DNA of 64,000 bases from Lingula anatina (lineage: Eukaryota > Animalia > Brachiopoda). The position numbers and the translations under genes are program-made. This document shows positions 24,524-39,100 of the stretch, piece by piece. The stretch's first letter is position 1. Each line of letters begins with the position of its first letter. The stretch spans positions 22,554,225 through 22,618,224 of the forward strand of contig CM120640.1 in assembly GCA_051362555.1 (NCBI GenBank), written 5' to 3'. The notes under the pieces were generated by a model that was not told the DNA's origin, made no database searches, and saw only the letters and a list, made by a program, of their open reading frames with translations.

Positions 24524-27500
24524 TTAAACTAAAATAATATGAAATTATTTATGTGCAATTTATATGAAAAGTGCCCAAGTGAGCTTACAAGGTTGCAATG
24601 TTTGAAACAGTTTAAGCTGGTCATAAAATACCAATATGGACTCTGACTTGACTAAAACTCAGTAGTTATGTTTGATACCAATTTTAATTAAAGCAGGTTT
24701 AACAGATATAAGCTCTGTGAAAGTGGAAATTTTGCTGGTTTTAAATACTAATAGAAGGGTGTTAGAACATTTATTGGCATTTAGACAGGTATATAGCATT
24801 ATTTATTGTCTAAAGTTCAATAAATGTTCTAACAATACCATCAATATATTATGGGGGTGGTATTTGTTATTATTTAACAGGCTCCTTTTTTATCTTCAAA
24901 TACATTTTGGTTTTGATATATGCAGCATGAGAGGTCATAGAGTATGAATTAAAAAATGGATTGTTGAGAGAAAAGGTTTGGGATAGTAAATGAAGAACCT
25001 AATAAAATGTTCCCGTAATAGAATAACTGTCTCATGTGATGGATTGAGAAGAAATGAGTTATGTTGATTCTGCATTTAAAAGTGTGTGTTGTATAAAAAA
25101 CATCTCATTTGGAATTCCCAGCCTGACTTTTTGAGAAAATAAAATCTCCTTGGTAGAATTCAGTGAGGAAATTCACAATTGAATTAATGTAGTTAGCTCC
25201 AGTGTTGCAAATGAAGCAAGCACTGTTCTTTAAGATCAATTGAGTTAAAAGATCTATTCCAGGTTTATTGTTAAGTATATTGACAAAAGCATTGGTTACC
25301 CCAAGGTAGATGGAGCTTCCTACAATATTCACTCTCTTTCTTTACTGAGTTAAGTGATTAGACCTGAGCATTTCACTTTGAAGGACTGAAATCTTTTTTG
25401 GGTCGTTTTTCCTCATGATAACTGTTATATAAAATACTACCAGTATTTTCACATGCTTCAGGCTAATTCGTGCAGTTTTTCTTGATAGATGTTATACTAT
25501 TTTTTTTCAGACAATCTTTTTTCTGGTTATTGAATAAAGTCCTGGTCATAAAAGATTCATGACTAAGAACAAAATGCACTTGTTAAACTGAAACATTTAA
25601 CAGCAATAAATAGTAGTCTTCTGTTCCTTGTAAGAGGTTGTGTATTTCCACAATCAAATAAGTGATTATTTGGTCATATAATTGCAAAAGAGGGTCACCC
25701 TCTGAGCCTCTGATGTTTTTAAAGAGTTTTCCGTATGGATTTTACATGCCTACATACATGTACAAGGTGCTGTGCTGGCACCTTGTACAACCTAACCCCC
25801 ATCCTTTATTTCTTCTGAAGATACTGGATGTCCTGCTGTGCTCTGGTGCTCATCCTTTACAGGAAAGGTGAAAGCCGCACTCCTGGTTTCCTTGAGGTGT
25901 GTTTAGATTGCTAAATCAAGAGCTGGACAGTTGACGTAGCTGAGATCTGGGAAAGGCTTCTTGATTACTGTGATAACCTGGTTTTTAATACCAGGGATGC
26001 CAGATGATGGGCAGGTGGAGTGGTTATATTTTTGATATGCCCTTTACTTCACTCAAACCCGAAACACTTGTTGCATATTTTTAAGGTGAAATGATGATGA
26101 GTACTATGAAACTGTCTAATAAATTCCTGTGTAAAGTTTGAATGGTTACAGGTATTGAAATGGACTTCTTTTCAGATTGTTTTATTCATTGAATAAGTCT
26201 TGTCATTTAACAATAATTTTATTTTATTTTATATTTTTTCCTTAAGTGTTTTTTATAATTGACTGGACAAAAGGTATGTTGAAGGTATTTGGGTTCAACA
26301 TATGGAATTGTCTTCCACAAACATACTGAAAATTTGGAACCTTCTCAAAGAAAGAAATCTCATGAAGTACCACGAGTTTTTATATGTTATCTGACAATAA
26401 ATGTTTAAAAACTAAACCATAGTCCCATTTTTCCAAACATGCAGTCTTCATATTAATGCCAGTTGTTAGATAATTATATTGAGTTGGAGAGTCAAATTCC
26501 TGTAGGTCTGAACAAAATATCATATTTAAATGAGTTCCATTTTTTATATGGTGAAAATGTTGAAGGTAAAGCTAATTATCGTGCTAATGAATATAAATGA
26601 TGAAAAGGGGAGAAATGCGTGCAGATATTCTGATGAAAGGAATACATCATCTTTCCTGAATTGTAAGGCAGCAACTTCTCCCATAGGAAGGAAATTATTC
26701 ATTCTGTGAATGCATTCCCATTTTTATCAGATCTCAGTATGTAGGTTTATAGAAACATAACTTTGACCAGATGCTATTTTAAAGTGGCTTATTCAGTAGC
26801 ATCTGCTGTTAATATTAGAATGGGGATGGTCTATCATGAAATTGTTATTCTGTGTGTGTTTTGGAAAGAGACAGAGTGAATAAGGCAAGCAGTAGCAGGT
26901 GAATGTTAAACTCTCTAATCATTATAAACAACTGTTATCAGGCGATTGACTCCCCTTTGAAAAAAGCCTTTATTCCCCTCTTGAGATTGCGTAAATGTGA
27001 ATTTTTTTATTACAACATTTTGCACAACATTTACCACAGCTGACGTAGGCAGAGAATAGTAACAGCATTCATTCCACTACATTTAGCTTTGGCATTATTC
27101 AATTATGGCCAAATATTTGGTGTAATTGCCATCCTAAAAAAAGCCTAGATGAGACCTAATTTTACATATTTCTGGCATTTTTCTCATCATCTTCATTTAC
27201 AGGTATATTTTGATATGACTTTTTATATATTGTATTTGTTTCTTTAGACTTCTTTCTGTCCTCTCTTTCTGAAAGTTTTCAGTGCATAATATGGTATTCT
27301 TACATGTTGAAAAAATAAACACAATTAAGAAAAACAGAATCAAAAAATTGCTACGAAAAATACTGAGGATGTGTTGTTCAAATTAGTCACAGTTTCTGAT
27401 TAAAATTTATCATTACCTGCTGTGGCCTGTTGGGAAATATTGGTCCTGAGACAACCTGGTCTTATCTGTGTATGTATTTTGAGTGGCTTGACAATAAGTT

Positions 27501-30500
27501 AGTACTCTTGTACCAGGTTCTTGGGTTCTGGTTTATGTAAAATTATTATTTGTGATTTTACAAGAAAAAATTATTTAAAGTAGAATGACTGTATGAATCC
27601 AAAGTATCAGTAGATTTTTGAGTGATAATATGGATTCTGCTATCAGTTTTAACTTTGATGGGTCTCTTATTTGTAGGAATGTTGATTACCTGATCTTTCT
27701 CAATAAATGAATATCATTAAAAGTATTGAATACAATATGAAATATTAATTTGTAGAACACTTTCATAGAACATTTGTGTATACTGGATGAAAGAATACTT
27801 GTTATGATGTTGTGAGGTGCTATGGTCTTTATGCCAATTATTTTGTGATGATCAAACTCAAATCTTTAGAATATTTTGACGTTTAGAAAAAAATTTTAAA
27901 CCATATAAGCAAAAGAGGCACCATCATATTGCAGATACAAATAAACTTGGTATTTGAGAGTTTTCTGGCTTCCATCCATCTCATTAATTTAAGAAGCTTC
28001 AAATTAAAAAATATTCTATAAATATACAACTGAAAGACCGCAATAGTTTGCATGTGGTTTAACCTTAGTCTTATAGTGTACTGTTACATTACATTCCTTG
28101 CTTTGCGTGAAAATGAAATTTTTCAGCAGGGATGATAATTTAATTATTTGCATTATAAAGACGTTATGTGCCTTGGTACATTAGTATGAATAAAATCAGA
28201 AGGTTAGGGCAATGACAGTTCTATATTTCCATCTTTAGAGAGTAACATTAATTAGATAGGACAAACTGTCTGCTTCTAGTCTATTTTATTTTAAGTTATT
28301 ATAATAGTTATTATATTTCTGTTACAAAAGATAATTGGGCAGTATTAACTAATGGAGTTTAATTGGAAGTAATGTGCAAATTTCAAATTTCACCTTGGAG
28401 TTGACCCCATAACTAAATCTCAAAGAACATGAGGATAAGGAGCAGATTCCTTCTGATAAAACTTGTTACATAGGCATACATGTTACAATGGATAGTCATT
28501 CCTTCCTGTTCTTCTAGGTTAATTGGTGCAATTTCACAGGTGTTGCAGCTAATATATGCCTCTCCAAAAGCCCAGCCACTGTAAAACCTTGTGTTGTCAG
28601 GTGTTTGTTGCCAGTAGGCATCATCCTAGATAGCCTTAAAAGAAACTTGTAGCATTGCATGACAATTCATACAAGACTGTGATAATGGGAGAAAATGTGG
28701 TGGGGTTAGCTTTTAGGTGATAAGAGTGAAACTATGCACCAAGAATTGGAACTTTTGTTCAATAGTCTGTAATATGGCAGAATTTAGGAGAAAATAACCA
28801 GAATGTTCCATGAATGGATTCTGTCACCATTTATCCATTGCTTCACCACACTTGCTAGTTTGCCATTATTTTAGATGCCATTTATTTTCTCTTCCCAAAA
28901 TCCTGCAAAATCTCACTTGATGTTGTGCTAATGCATGAAACTTTTTTAAAAAAGCTGTTTCATATTATTAAAGGGACAGTGGTTCAATGACAGCAAAACG
29001 TTACTAAGAACAGATGCACAGTGTTTACTAGAACGGTAAGTATGTGTGCTGAATTTGCCATGTTTGCTGTTACACCTTTGCGACACTGGTGAAAATGGCT
29101 GGAGGTTTATACCGCCAGAAATAAAAGGTAAAGTGAACAAGAGGAAAACATCAGGCACTGCAAGAATGGAATATCCTTGTGTCTCATTTTCTCCTTATTT
29201 TGAAAAATGCTTTAAAGATAGCAGAAGATGTCTTATACACTAGTTTAAGCTCATTTTTCAAGACAAATTAGTGTAAAGAGTAGAATACTTATTACCTCCT
29301 GATTCAAAGGAGAGATGGAAGGCAACCGGATTTTACTGTGTGGAGAATCAATAAAACTTTGACTCAGACCTAATGAATATGATCAATAGCTTGAGTTAAA
29401 CTAGTCAATACAGGGTGTGTTTAGGTCCATTAACTAAGGGGGGAGGTATGTCTATGGTACCTTTTAAATATTTAATCCACAGAAATGAGATGGATATAAA
29501 GAAGATACTGACTGTGCTTTCTTTGATTTTGATTTTTAATAAAAATTGTTCAACACTTGATAATAAATGACATTGTTTAATTGAGAATGGTTATTACGCA
29601 CTATGACTGGTGATACAAGCACAATCAATAATTTGACTTTTAAAATGTGTTTTCTGAGTAAAATGGTTCTTATTCTATTTTTAAGACATTTTTGATTTAA
29701 AAGTAGCATTCCTGTGGTTTGCCAATGTCTCCAGAAAGCATGAGATTTTAAAGATAGAAAGCCAGTGAGTGACAGAAAAGACGAAGCTGTTTAACTTGGT
29801 CTAATGAGAAATTTTTTCGATTTTGAATCATCCTTGCTGGTTCTGGTACCATGTGTTGGTTGTATTGATATGCTGCAGCATTGGTATTGATGGTGTGGTA
29901 TGCAGGTGGTGGTGTGTAAATAGCCACAGGTTAAACACATACAGATCACTGAAGATAGACCATCTGGGGAATAAGACTATGCATCCAACTTACAAACTCT
30001 CACACTTACAGAGACCAGGGTCATTGCCAGGAATGTTAAACCCCTGAATATGGATGTTGATGATGGATACTGTGGTCTGTTTTTCTTGGACAAAGTTTTT
30101 GTATTACTCAGAGCAAAAAGTGCAGATGGAAATTCAAATAGTCTTCTAGGCCCAGTGAAAATGCCCATGTAACAGTTTCTTCACATTTTTCATGATGAAA
30201 AGATGAGTATAATTATTCCTTCTAATACACATCACTGATGGAGTGAAGCTGGGCTGACCCACACAGATAAACTACATGCTAACCCATCTCATAATAATCA
30301 ATAAGACACCGGCTTGCTTGCAGTGGGTATTGATCTTCTATTGGAGTAGGTCTGGTGCTATGCTACAGTTGCCATTTCTGCATACCGATGACATCTTTGG
30401 CAATGTAAAACAATGCAATGGGTCTCTTCAAGGATTAAGACAGGAACTCGATGGAAAATGTGTTGAATTATGTTGGATTGATAATTTTGGTTTATGAAAC

Positions 30501-33051
30501 ACTTAATTCACAAAAATGAATTTTTACGTAATATGCAATCAATTATTTGTATTGTTTCTTGTTTAGTATAATAAAATAGGTTACTTTTTAAATAAAATTT
30601 GTTGTGGTAAAAGTGCAAAAAGTTCTCCATTCATCTGTCCTCTCAGGTTGTGCACCCGATTAAGTTTAAGACAAAGTGCGCTATGGTTTTAGGTCAGAAA
30701 TAGTAATAGCATGCATACCCAAGGCAAGAGAGAGAAGATTGCATGATAGATGCACCACATAGAGCTGTTAGATGCATCCCAGGTGTGAGAGTAAAAATAC
30801 CCTCTTGTTTTCACAGATATGCGAAGTGGGAGGATGTGAATAGTGAATAAATAAAAGAGAGAATACAGTATTACATTTTATAATTCAAATAGAGCCAGCA
30901 TAATAGTTTGGCTTTTTCCCCATTATTTCAAATGAGCATAGTACCTATGATGGCATATCCTATGACGGATTATTATCTAGATCATACAGCTCATCATTTT
31001 TATAAGTTTTATTACTTTCAGGGCTATGAGGAATATTCTTTGAAAGTTTCAAAATCAATGCATCAATTCATAATTACTTTTTTCATGTTCAGATGCTGTA
31101 ACTGAAAGAATTGTGAGAAAGTACATATTCTACATGTTGGTGATAAAGTGGACCATCTCCACTTTTTTAAAAGTCAATTTGACATTGTATATTTGTTTGG
31201 TCAGTTATTTTGTATTCACAGTAATGAAGATTCTTGTTTCTTGTGTTTGTAGGCAAAGAAGATTGATGCCATGGACTTCATGTTTCTGCCGATCATGGAT
31301 TATGGAGATGACTGTTGGCAAGAATGATATCAATAAGACATGCCATACTAAGTGCATAGATTAATTTTAAAAAAATCTGAAATTATACATCTGCTGGGAT
31401 GTAGCACTCTATTGAAACAAGGTAGTCTATGGAAGATTAATGGTTGTGGCAGACTAAAAGCAGCGATGGTACAGGTGAAAGAAATGGCCCCAACAATGGT
31501 GTATTCTGAAGAGACAATGTCACAGGACCAAGTGTGCTGTCCTTTGATACCATAAGGAGGGCAACTACTTTATGGTAACAAACACCAAAAAAGAAAAGGA
31601 CTAAAAGTATGATGTGGGATATGCCATTTCCAGCTGATGGTGTGCAGAAATGGGATGTAAGATTTTGTGGAAAACAAAATCTGCTAGATTGTGGAAATTT
31701 CAGCCTGACAGAGTTCCAAAATGGGATTTTCAGGCCTTGGCAGAAAGGAGGCGTGCAGGAAGAAGGTGGATGCCCCGTATTGGTATTGGTCACTCCTATG
31801 GTTTGGTCACTTACTTTCTTCTGTCCAGCTGATAGACACCACGTCCAGAGTGAAGTGGCCAGTGACATATAGCTGTTCACAGTGTGCAGTAAGTACATGG
31901 TTCTTAAAAATGGTGGTAATGCTTTGTATTTGTCTGTTAGTCCAATTATGTTCTCATCTGTAAATTTGTTCTTCATTATCTGCCACTTTTGATTTACAAA
32001 ATCAGAGTGATAGAGAGATTTACAATTCTGTCAAGATAACAGTGACAACCAATGCATGATAGAGACAATATTGAAATATCCATTTCAGTAATGACAGCTG
32101 GAGTTCTATCTGTTTGGAAGACAATGTTGATACGATTTCATTCCTATGCAAATGACTATGTAAAGAATGTGTTTACCAGCTGACTTAGATTGTTACTTTT
32201 AACTCTGTGCAATGTTTGCCTAGTCTCTCACTTGAACTTGTTAATGCAAAATGGAGACTAAAATGTAGCAGCATTTAGAGTTTAAATATTATGCTTTGAC
32301 TTTCTGCTTTCCTGATTTGCTAAAAATAGCATATAATGATCATATCAAGTTTCAGACCAGGACCTTTTATGTTGCTTTACAATTGGATGAACATACTCCA
32401 CACATTATGTGAACTCTTATTGGGATTTTCAAAAATATATAATTAAAAGAACATATTATAACGAATGGTCAATCAAAATGGCCAAAATCGGCCTGGAAAA
32501 TGTTCTCTAAAGTGGATTATTTCTCAGATGTAATGTTCATTTTTCATACCTGTGAGGTTTAATGTTTTGATCTTTAAATCTTTCTACTGAAGTGTTATTT
32601 AACAACATTTCAGGCATAAATTGGCATGAAATTTATGTTTGAAAACTGCTCTAAAATGCTTTTTGGTTGAACATTGTTGGTAATACATTCTTGGTATTAT
32701 CAACTAATGCAGTGATGTTAACCAGTTTACTGTGGGATGAATATGTTCATTTTTGTTGTTGGATAGGGCTTGCAATATTTTTAAATTAAACTTTACATTA
32801 GCTGATTGTGTACAATGAATATTAAAGATCACCGAAATTATTTGTTTACTGTGGCACCAAATTTGATTACTTGGTTAAGGAAAATCAAAGGTGGTCTTTC
32901 TATCAGGAGCATTTTTTACATGGTCAGAAGTCACTTGTCATGTTAGGTTATGCTCTTATATACAGTTTGCACATAGAGTCATCCTCAGAAGAATCATCTT
33001 GTTGGAATAAAAAAAAATGTTAACTATTAGGATATTCCAACCTACAGCTGG

Positions 33052-33056
<5 letters not shown>

Positions 33057-33128
<72 letters not shown>
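33057..33128. repeat. (TA)n microsatellite
   Basis: About 36 perfect TA units. Confidence 0.97.
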
Positions 33129-33129
<1 letters not shown>

Positions 33130-36100
33130 CAAAAGTGTTTCAAGTCCTCTAAAAGGCAAAGGTATCTACTTAATATCCATTTCTACCTTGAACATCAGTC
33201 TTTTTAGAAGGTAATAGGAGTATTTAGGAAAACAACATTACCTGTAGCTAAAATAATACTTGGGGTAAAAGGGCTTGAATGAGTAAACACACAAGAAAAT
33301 TGGCAAGTACATCTGACAAAGTGTTGACCACATATTTTCAACTGTGTAAGTAGAGAACTCCCACTCTGTGACTGCCCACAGACAACCTGTGTATCCTTCC
33401 TTTTAGTACAGTTACTGCAGACTGCCACATGGTTTCCCTTAACCAAAAAACTGGGCGTTTGACGTCAGTGCAGAGTTATATTCTCTAATATTATCTCATC
33501 TTATTTGCTTTTACTTGATAACCTTGGGTATTTTATTTTCTTGTTTTGAGATGCTGGGAGTGAGATATGGTAGACAGTTAAGATTTTTCTTTGGCTAACT
33601 AATATACAGTTTGGGCCAAGATGAGTTGTTAAAAGCTTAAGGGGGAACAGATATATTCAGGACTTCTCTTTTATACTCATTGCCATAGAACCAGTTGCCT
33701 AGCTGGTTGCTGATCAAGTTTGTCACTGCTCATACCTCACTTCCAAAATGAACCATTGACTAAGCAGGATTAAACCATTGATTTTCTACTAATATAGGTC
33801 GATGATGCATAATCCAACAAAAGGTGGTTTAATATTTATTTTCATCAGTTTAGGTCTCAGCTTAGTTTTCTAAGTGGTTTAATAGCTCACAAAATGTTTG
33901 ACACATCAATCTTGTGTGTAGGTAAACATAGAAAAATGGTCCTGTGCCATTCACCTTCAGATCTGTCTCTTTGATCACCATAATTCTTTAACCTTAAAAG
34001 AGGATTAGTTTTTATTGGATTATAGACTTGCAGATAGAGTCAGCTGTCAGTCTGTTCCTTTTCTAGGCTGTTTTTGCCCATTGTTAAAATCTAATTTTTT
34101 TATTGGCGTCAAGTGGAATATCTACCGAAAAACAGGGTCTGCTGTTTGGCAATAACAGTGAAAGAAATAATTGATGAGTCTATCCTGGGATTGCTAGGTT
34201 TAATTTACAAAGAGTGATTTAGTGATATTTCAAGATGTCATTTTGTTGTTGACAATTATATCCCCAGCCAGCAGAGTACACCTTGCCAAGGCATGATGCC
34301 ATTTGGCTATAAAAAAAAGCCCCCCCCCCCCCCATCCTGCTATGTTGCATACTTGCTTCTACATTTGAGGTGATACATTTTACTGTTTCTGTGAGAGATT
34401 TACTGTTTTTCTGTTAATATGTTAGATGCCATGATTTTACATTTAAGGACATGAATGTACAACCAGGAAAAAAGCATGTGACTAATGAACTGAAATTAAA
34501 AATTGACGCTTTCATATTTGATATTCTTGTGAAAATATTCACAAGATACATGGCTATCAAATTCTTCAAGGAATTCTCTCACCCCTCAAGCAGTTGATGT
34601 GGGAATATGGATTTTCAGCTGTTTGCTTTTGCTGGCAAACCAATTTTTCTCATCCTTGTGCTGCCTCTGATATGTAATTGACACACTCATACTGGCACAT
34701 GTGTTCCTATCGATGTCACTTCATGTGTAGGCGTTAGACAGGCGGGTACGTGATTATATATAGATTTAGGAGCATTGATTAAAACATGAGTTTCAGGAAA
34801 AAAAGGAGTCACTGAAGATGTTGCTTGGACTATCAAATAGTTGCAGCTGGTAGATATTTTGAGGAAATGCCTGTTGTCATGATTAACTCTTTTGTCTAAT
34901 GCTTTATTTAATATATTACATATGTAATACATATATGTATTGCAATGTAACTTCAGCAACACATTCCCCTATGCAAATTATAAACATTTTTTTCCAAGAA
35001 AAAAGTTGTTATCAAAATAAACCTATGGTGACATTGAGCAAATTCGTCACAGTCTTTGGCAGATTTTGAAGGGCTTCCATCAACTATGGTTTCGCTCTGA
35101 CGCAGGATAGCTTTTCATCTTCATATATGGCCTCTGATTAAAAGGACAACCTACAAGTAACTTGCACACATCATTACATTTCCTGAAGGGCAGAAGGACA
35201 GGTGCAAACCTCAAAAATTCCACAGCATAACTATGATGGTAATTACCACTATTTGGTGAGCAAAGAGCAAAGTGACTTGTACCTGAACATCACACTTCAT
35301 ATGTTTCAACATATTTATAGCAATTAATGAGCATTTAGTAAAGGATTTAATTAGTTGTGTTCTTTTCTCAGTTATTGTATATTGGGTTGATGGTTTCTTA
35401 CAGGCAGATAAAAAAGTTATGTTTGATTCTTCACTGTTGCAAACTAAAAGTAACAGGGTTGAGGTACAACAATCTACTTTTAATTTGCTGCTTACAAATA
35501 CAGTTGACTTGTCATAAAGGTATGGTATAATTATCTTATGCTTAGAATCTGCTATGAAGAAAAGGCCTCTCTCTTAACATTTTGACCAAACAGTACAGAA
35601 CTTTTGAATTACCAGGTCAGGCATACTAGCATATTTTTACTATTAAACAGCATAACAGATTGACATTACCAGCAACTATCAAAATAAAATGTGGAATATG
35701 TATGAGGGGTACTATTTTGGCCCTCAGGGGAAATCTTGCCATAAGTTTAATGCCCACATGTTGGATGTTGGTATGGGTTATTTTTTCTAAACTCTACGAG
35801 TGGAAACATTGGTCCATATTGATTTTCTGACAAGAAAATGTTTCCCTCTCAAACTTCTTAAGGGAAAGGAGAATCCCAAGAAGTTCTGAAGAACATGATG
35901 TCTGTCAGGTTTTCTTATTTTTGCAAACCTGTATTTTCAGCCTCACCTGTAGGAGTGTAACCCATAGCCCTAATTCAGCCATATTTTTGTTACTTCCTGC
36001 CAAAAACACATAGTATCTAGTTTATGGTTGTAGTACTAAACTAAATTTACGTTTTTTTCATATCTTTTCTATGCTTGCCTACTATGGTAGATCAGGCATA

Positions 36101-39100
36101 ACAGATGAGGTTAAATACTGGTCGGTGGGACTGATTTTACCTGTTAGTTAATTGGTTTCATCAGTAGTCCAAAACCAGGTTGGAATAAGTATATATATGC
36201 TGCTCAATCTGTTAGTAATATTGCTAAGAGGCAAGAAACTTTCGGTAAACATGCTATCTTTGGTATATATCCAAACAAGACAGTCCAGGGGTATCTGATT
36301 AGTGTTTTAGACCTATTGGAGATGATCTGCGGCATGTTTTATTCCACATAGAGCTACACCTACCATGGTGTTATCTAATATGTCTAATTACCAGCATATT
36401 AGGATGTGGAGTGCACAGAACATCCTGTGCGGTAACACAATCCAGGTCCAAGTTTCAACTTTATGATTGATATATCCGCTTAGATACGTAACTGATTCAT
36501 ATACAGTTGGGGATTTCATTGGAAACAAATCAAAAAATTACAGTGATAATTGAATCAGAAAGAAGAAACAAAACTGTGCACTTGTTATTTACAAATGTTC
36601 TGAAACGTGAAAATCGGAAGTTTAGGTAGAAATTGTAGGGGAAAAACAGACAAAGATTGTCTTCAAAGAATATCTTTGAATCATCTCAGATGATCACGCA
36701 AAGTCAGCCTAAGATGTGCACACCCAGTTACCAGGCTGTTTGCTCAAATAATCATCCATGCTATGCCTTTTTCTGCTCTGCTCAATTGATCCAGCTATTA
36801 GCAATCCTTCCCCACGGCCAAAAAATTATAGTCAGGGCATTTTTTTTTTCACGATCAGGGATATCCATATGTGTATGTTTATTAATGCTGTAGAGGCTTT
36901 GGCCCTGGACACATGGACTAATGTTTTATTGTATACATAGAATTCAAGTACAGTGTATTGGCCACACTCGGTGCAAGATCTCCATCAATATCCCATTGAT
37001 TTTCTCCACATCTGCAGTCTGATTTTTGTGAAGCTGAAAAGAAATCTATTCAAACTCTGATCAATTTCTGAAAAAAAGTATTGCTTGGGTTTTATGGAAG
37101 GTTGTATTTACATATATCTATTTTTAGATGGAAGTTTTTTTTAACAACAGGGTCAAGTTAAACACAATGCAGTGATGTTGAGGATAGTCTGCCAGGAAAA
37201 ATGAAATTTCAGGATTATACACAAATAAGATTAAGTCTTTTGTTACTAATGCGTGGCCTAAATTTTGTAAGCTTGGAAAAGAAGTCACTGTCTCTGTAAC
37301 TGAATTTGATATTACAGATGTTTAAAAAAAAAAAGGGCTAAATTCTTGAATATATACTTCATGTTGAAAATTGATGCATGAGTGAAATTGGCCCATTTGA
37401 AAGTCATTCTGAAGCAGGTTGGAAAGAATTGATGCCTTGTTGGATCTAACTTGGTATCCTTTTAGATTTATTTTTCAAGTAATTTAGTGGTTAATTTATT
37501 TAAATAAGCTTTCATTGTAGATTAAATGGCATTTTGATGACATGGTTTTATCCCACCCTTTCCTTTCAGAATCTACAAATAACATGCCCATGATATTAAT
37601 AATAGTTGTGGTTTGTTTCATGTTGAATTAAGTTTTTTCATTGTTTTACAGATTTTATCAAACTACAAGTGAATGCTATGGAAAAGAAGTGGGAATAAAG
37701 ATTCGAAAATAAAGGATATTTCACAAAAGGCATAGGTAAGATTTGGAAGGTGGTATTAATATATATTTTCGAGAATTGATGAAACTCCCACTCAAATGAC
37801 AAACTTTAGAAATATGATTTTATGTTAAAACCAGACATTGTCTAAGTTGAGCCTAATAATGCTTTGTTATGTATCAAAGCCAACAAGACAAACACAATTG
37901 CACTGCAAATTTCAAAACCTGCACATTTTTATTATCAGAAAAAAAGATGATACATAAGGTGAAAATGAATCTTCCAAAATATACCGCTAATAAACAAAAT
38001 AAACTTACATCTCCCTGGCTCTTAGAAACGTTTGCTGAAACAATTGAAACAAGGTATCTAACAGGCATGGATGGGTGCATTGGAATTATATCATTGCCAA
38101 GATATTCTGCCAGTAGTCTGCGTAATTTTGTACTAATTATTGAGTCAATCAGCCTAAAGTTTTCACTAGGGAAGTAATGAGCATATCTGGGGGATAAAAC
38201 AAATGCAAACTCTTCATAGAATAAGGATAAGCTGCATTTGAGAAATCAATATGATCTAGACACATAGTTTAACTTGCTGAATTTGTCTGTGGAGTTGAAT
38301 CTGAATCAGTTTCAGTCTCATTTTTATTTTTGTGTGTATGGTGAAGAATTTTAAACAGCTGCAGGTAAATCAAGTAAATGATTTATTCATCAATTTGTTT
38401 CTTTGGCAGATCTTCTCTTAAAAATATTTCATGTTTTGTACATGCGCACATGCTGAAAATGATTGCATCCACATGCTCATGAGAAGGATTTTTATTTCTC
38501 CCATGATCAGCTCACTCAGGACTAGGATCCAACATTAAATTGCATTTCTTAAATCATCACAACTAGCTACCCTTGTTTCAGACACTTGAATAAATCTGTC
38601 AGATTAAAGGCTTCACATGAGCCAAGTACAATCTATTTGAAGGAACCTGTCAGATGAAAATGAACAATCTTCTATTAACAAAAGTTTTATGACAGGCATC
38701 AGACTGGAAAGGATAAGTTCTCAGCTGGGAGGTGTTGTGACTGGGTATTTGTCATCTTGATTTTTATTTATTCTCTATAGCAGTTTTTGCTTTAAGCCTG
38801 ATATATTAAGTACAGTCAAAACAACTTTCTTTCCAGAAGTAATATGTGTATCCAATCTGGATCTCATTTGGGTTGAGGCAAATATGGTTGAGCAGCATGA
38901 GGAAATGTAAAATATTTCTAAAAAATTATTATTAAAGGTATCTATTATCTTAACTTTTCAATTACAGGTTGTGTTTATTATTTCCTGGTTTCCTAAATGT
39001 CTGAGATATAACAGAAAGGAATGCTTTTTTGGTATCTAAAAATGTTGCAAATTAAAAGGTTTAAATAGTCCTTTTCCCATTTCATTCCCTTTGATGTTAA

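Noticed and set aside
31437-31976. 179-aa minus ORF and overlapping plus ORFs
   Set aside because: No homology I can recognise and no exon structure.
32956-33214. YIYIYI ORFs
   Set aside because: Translation of the (TA)n microsatellite.
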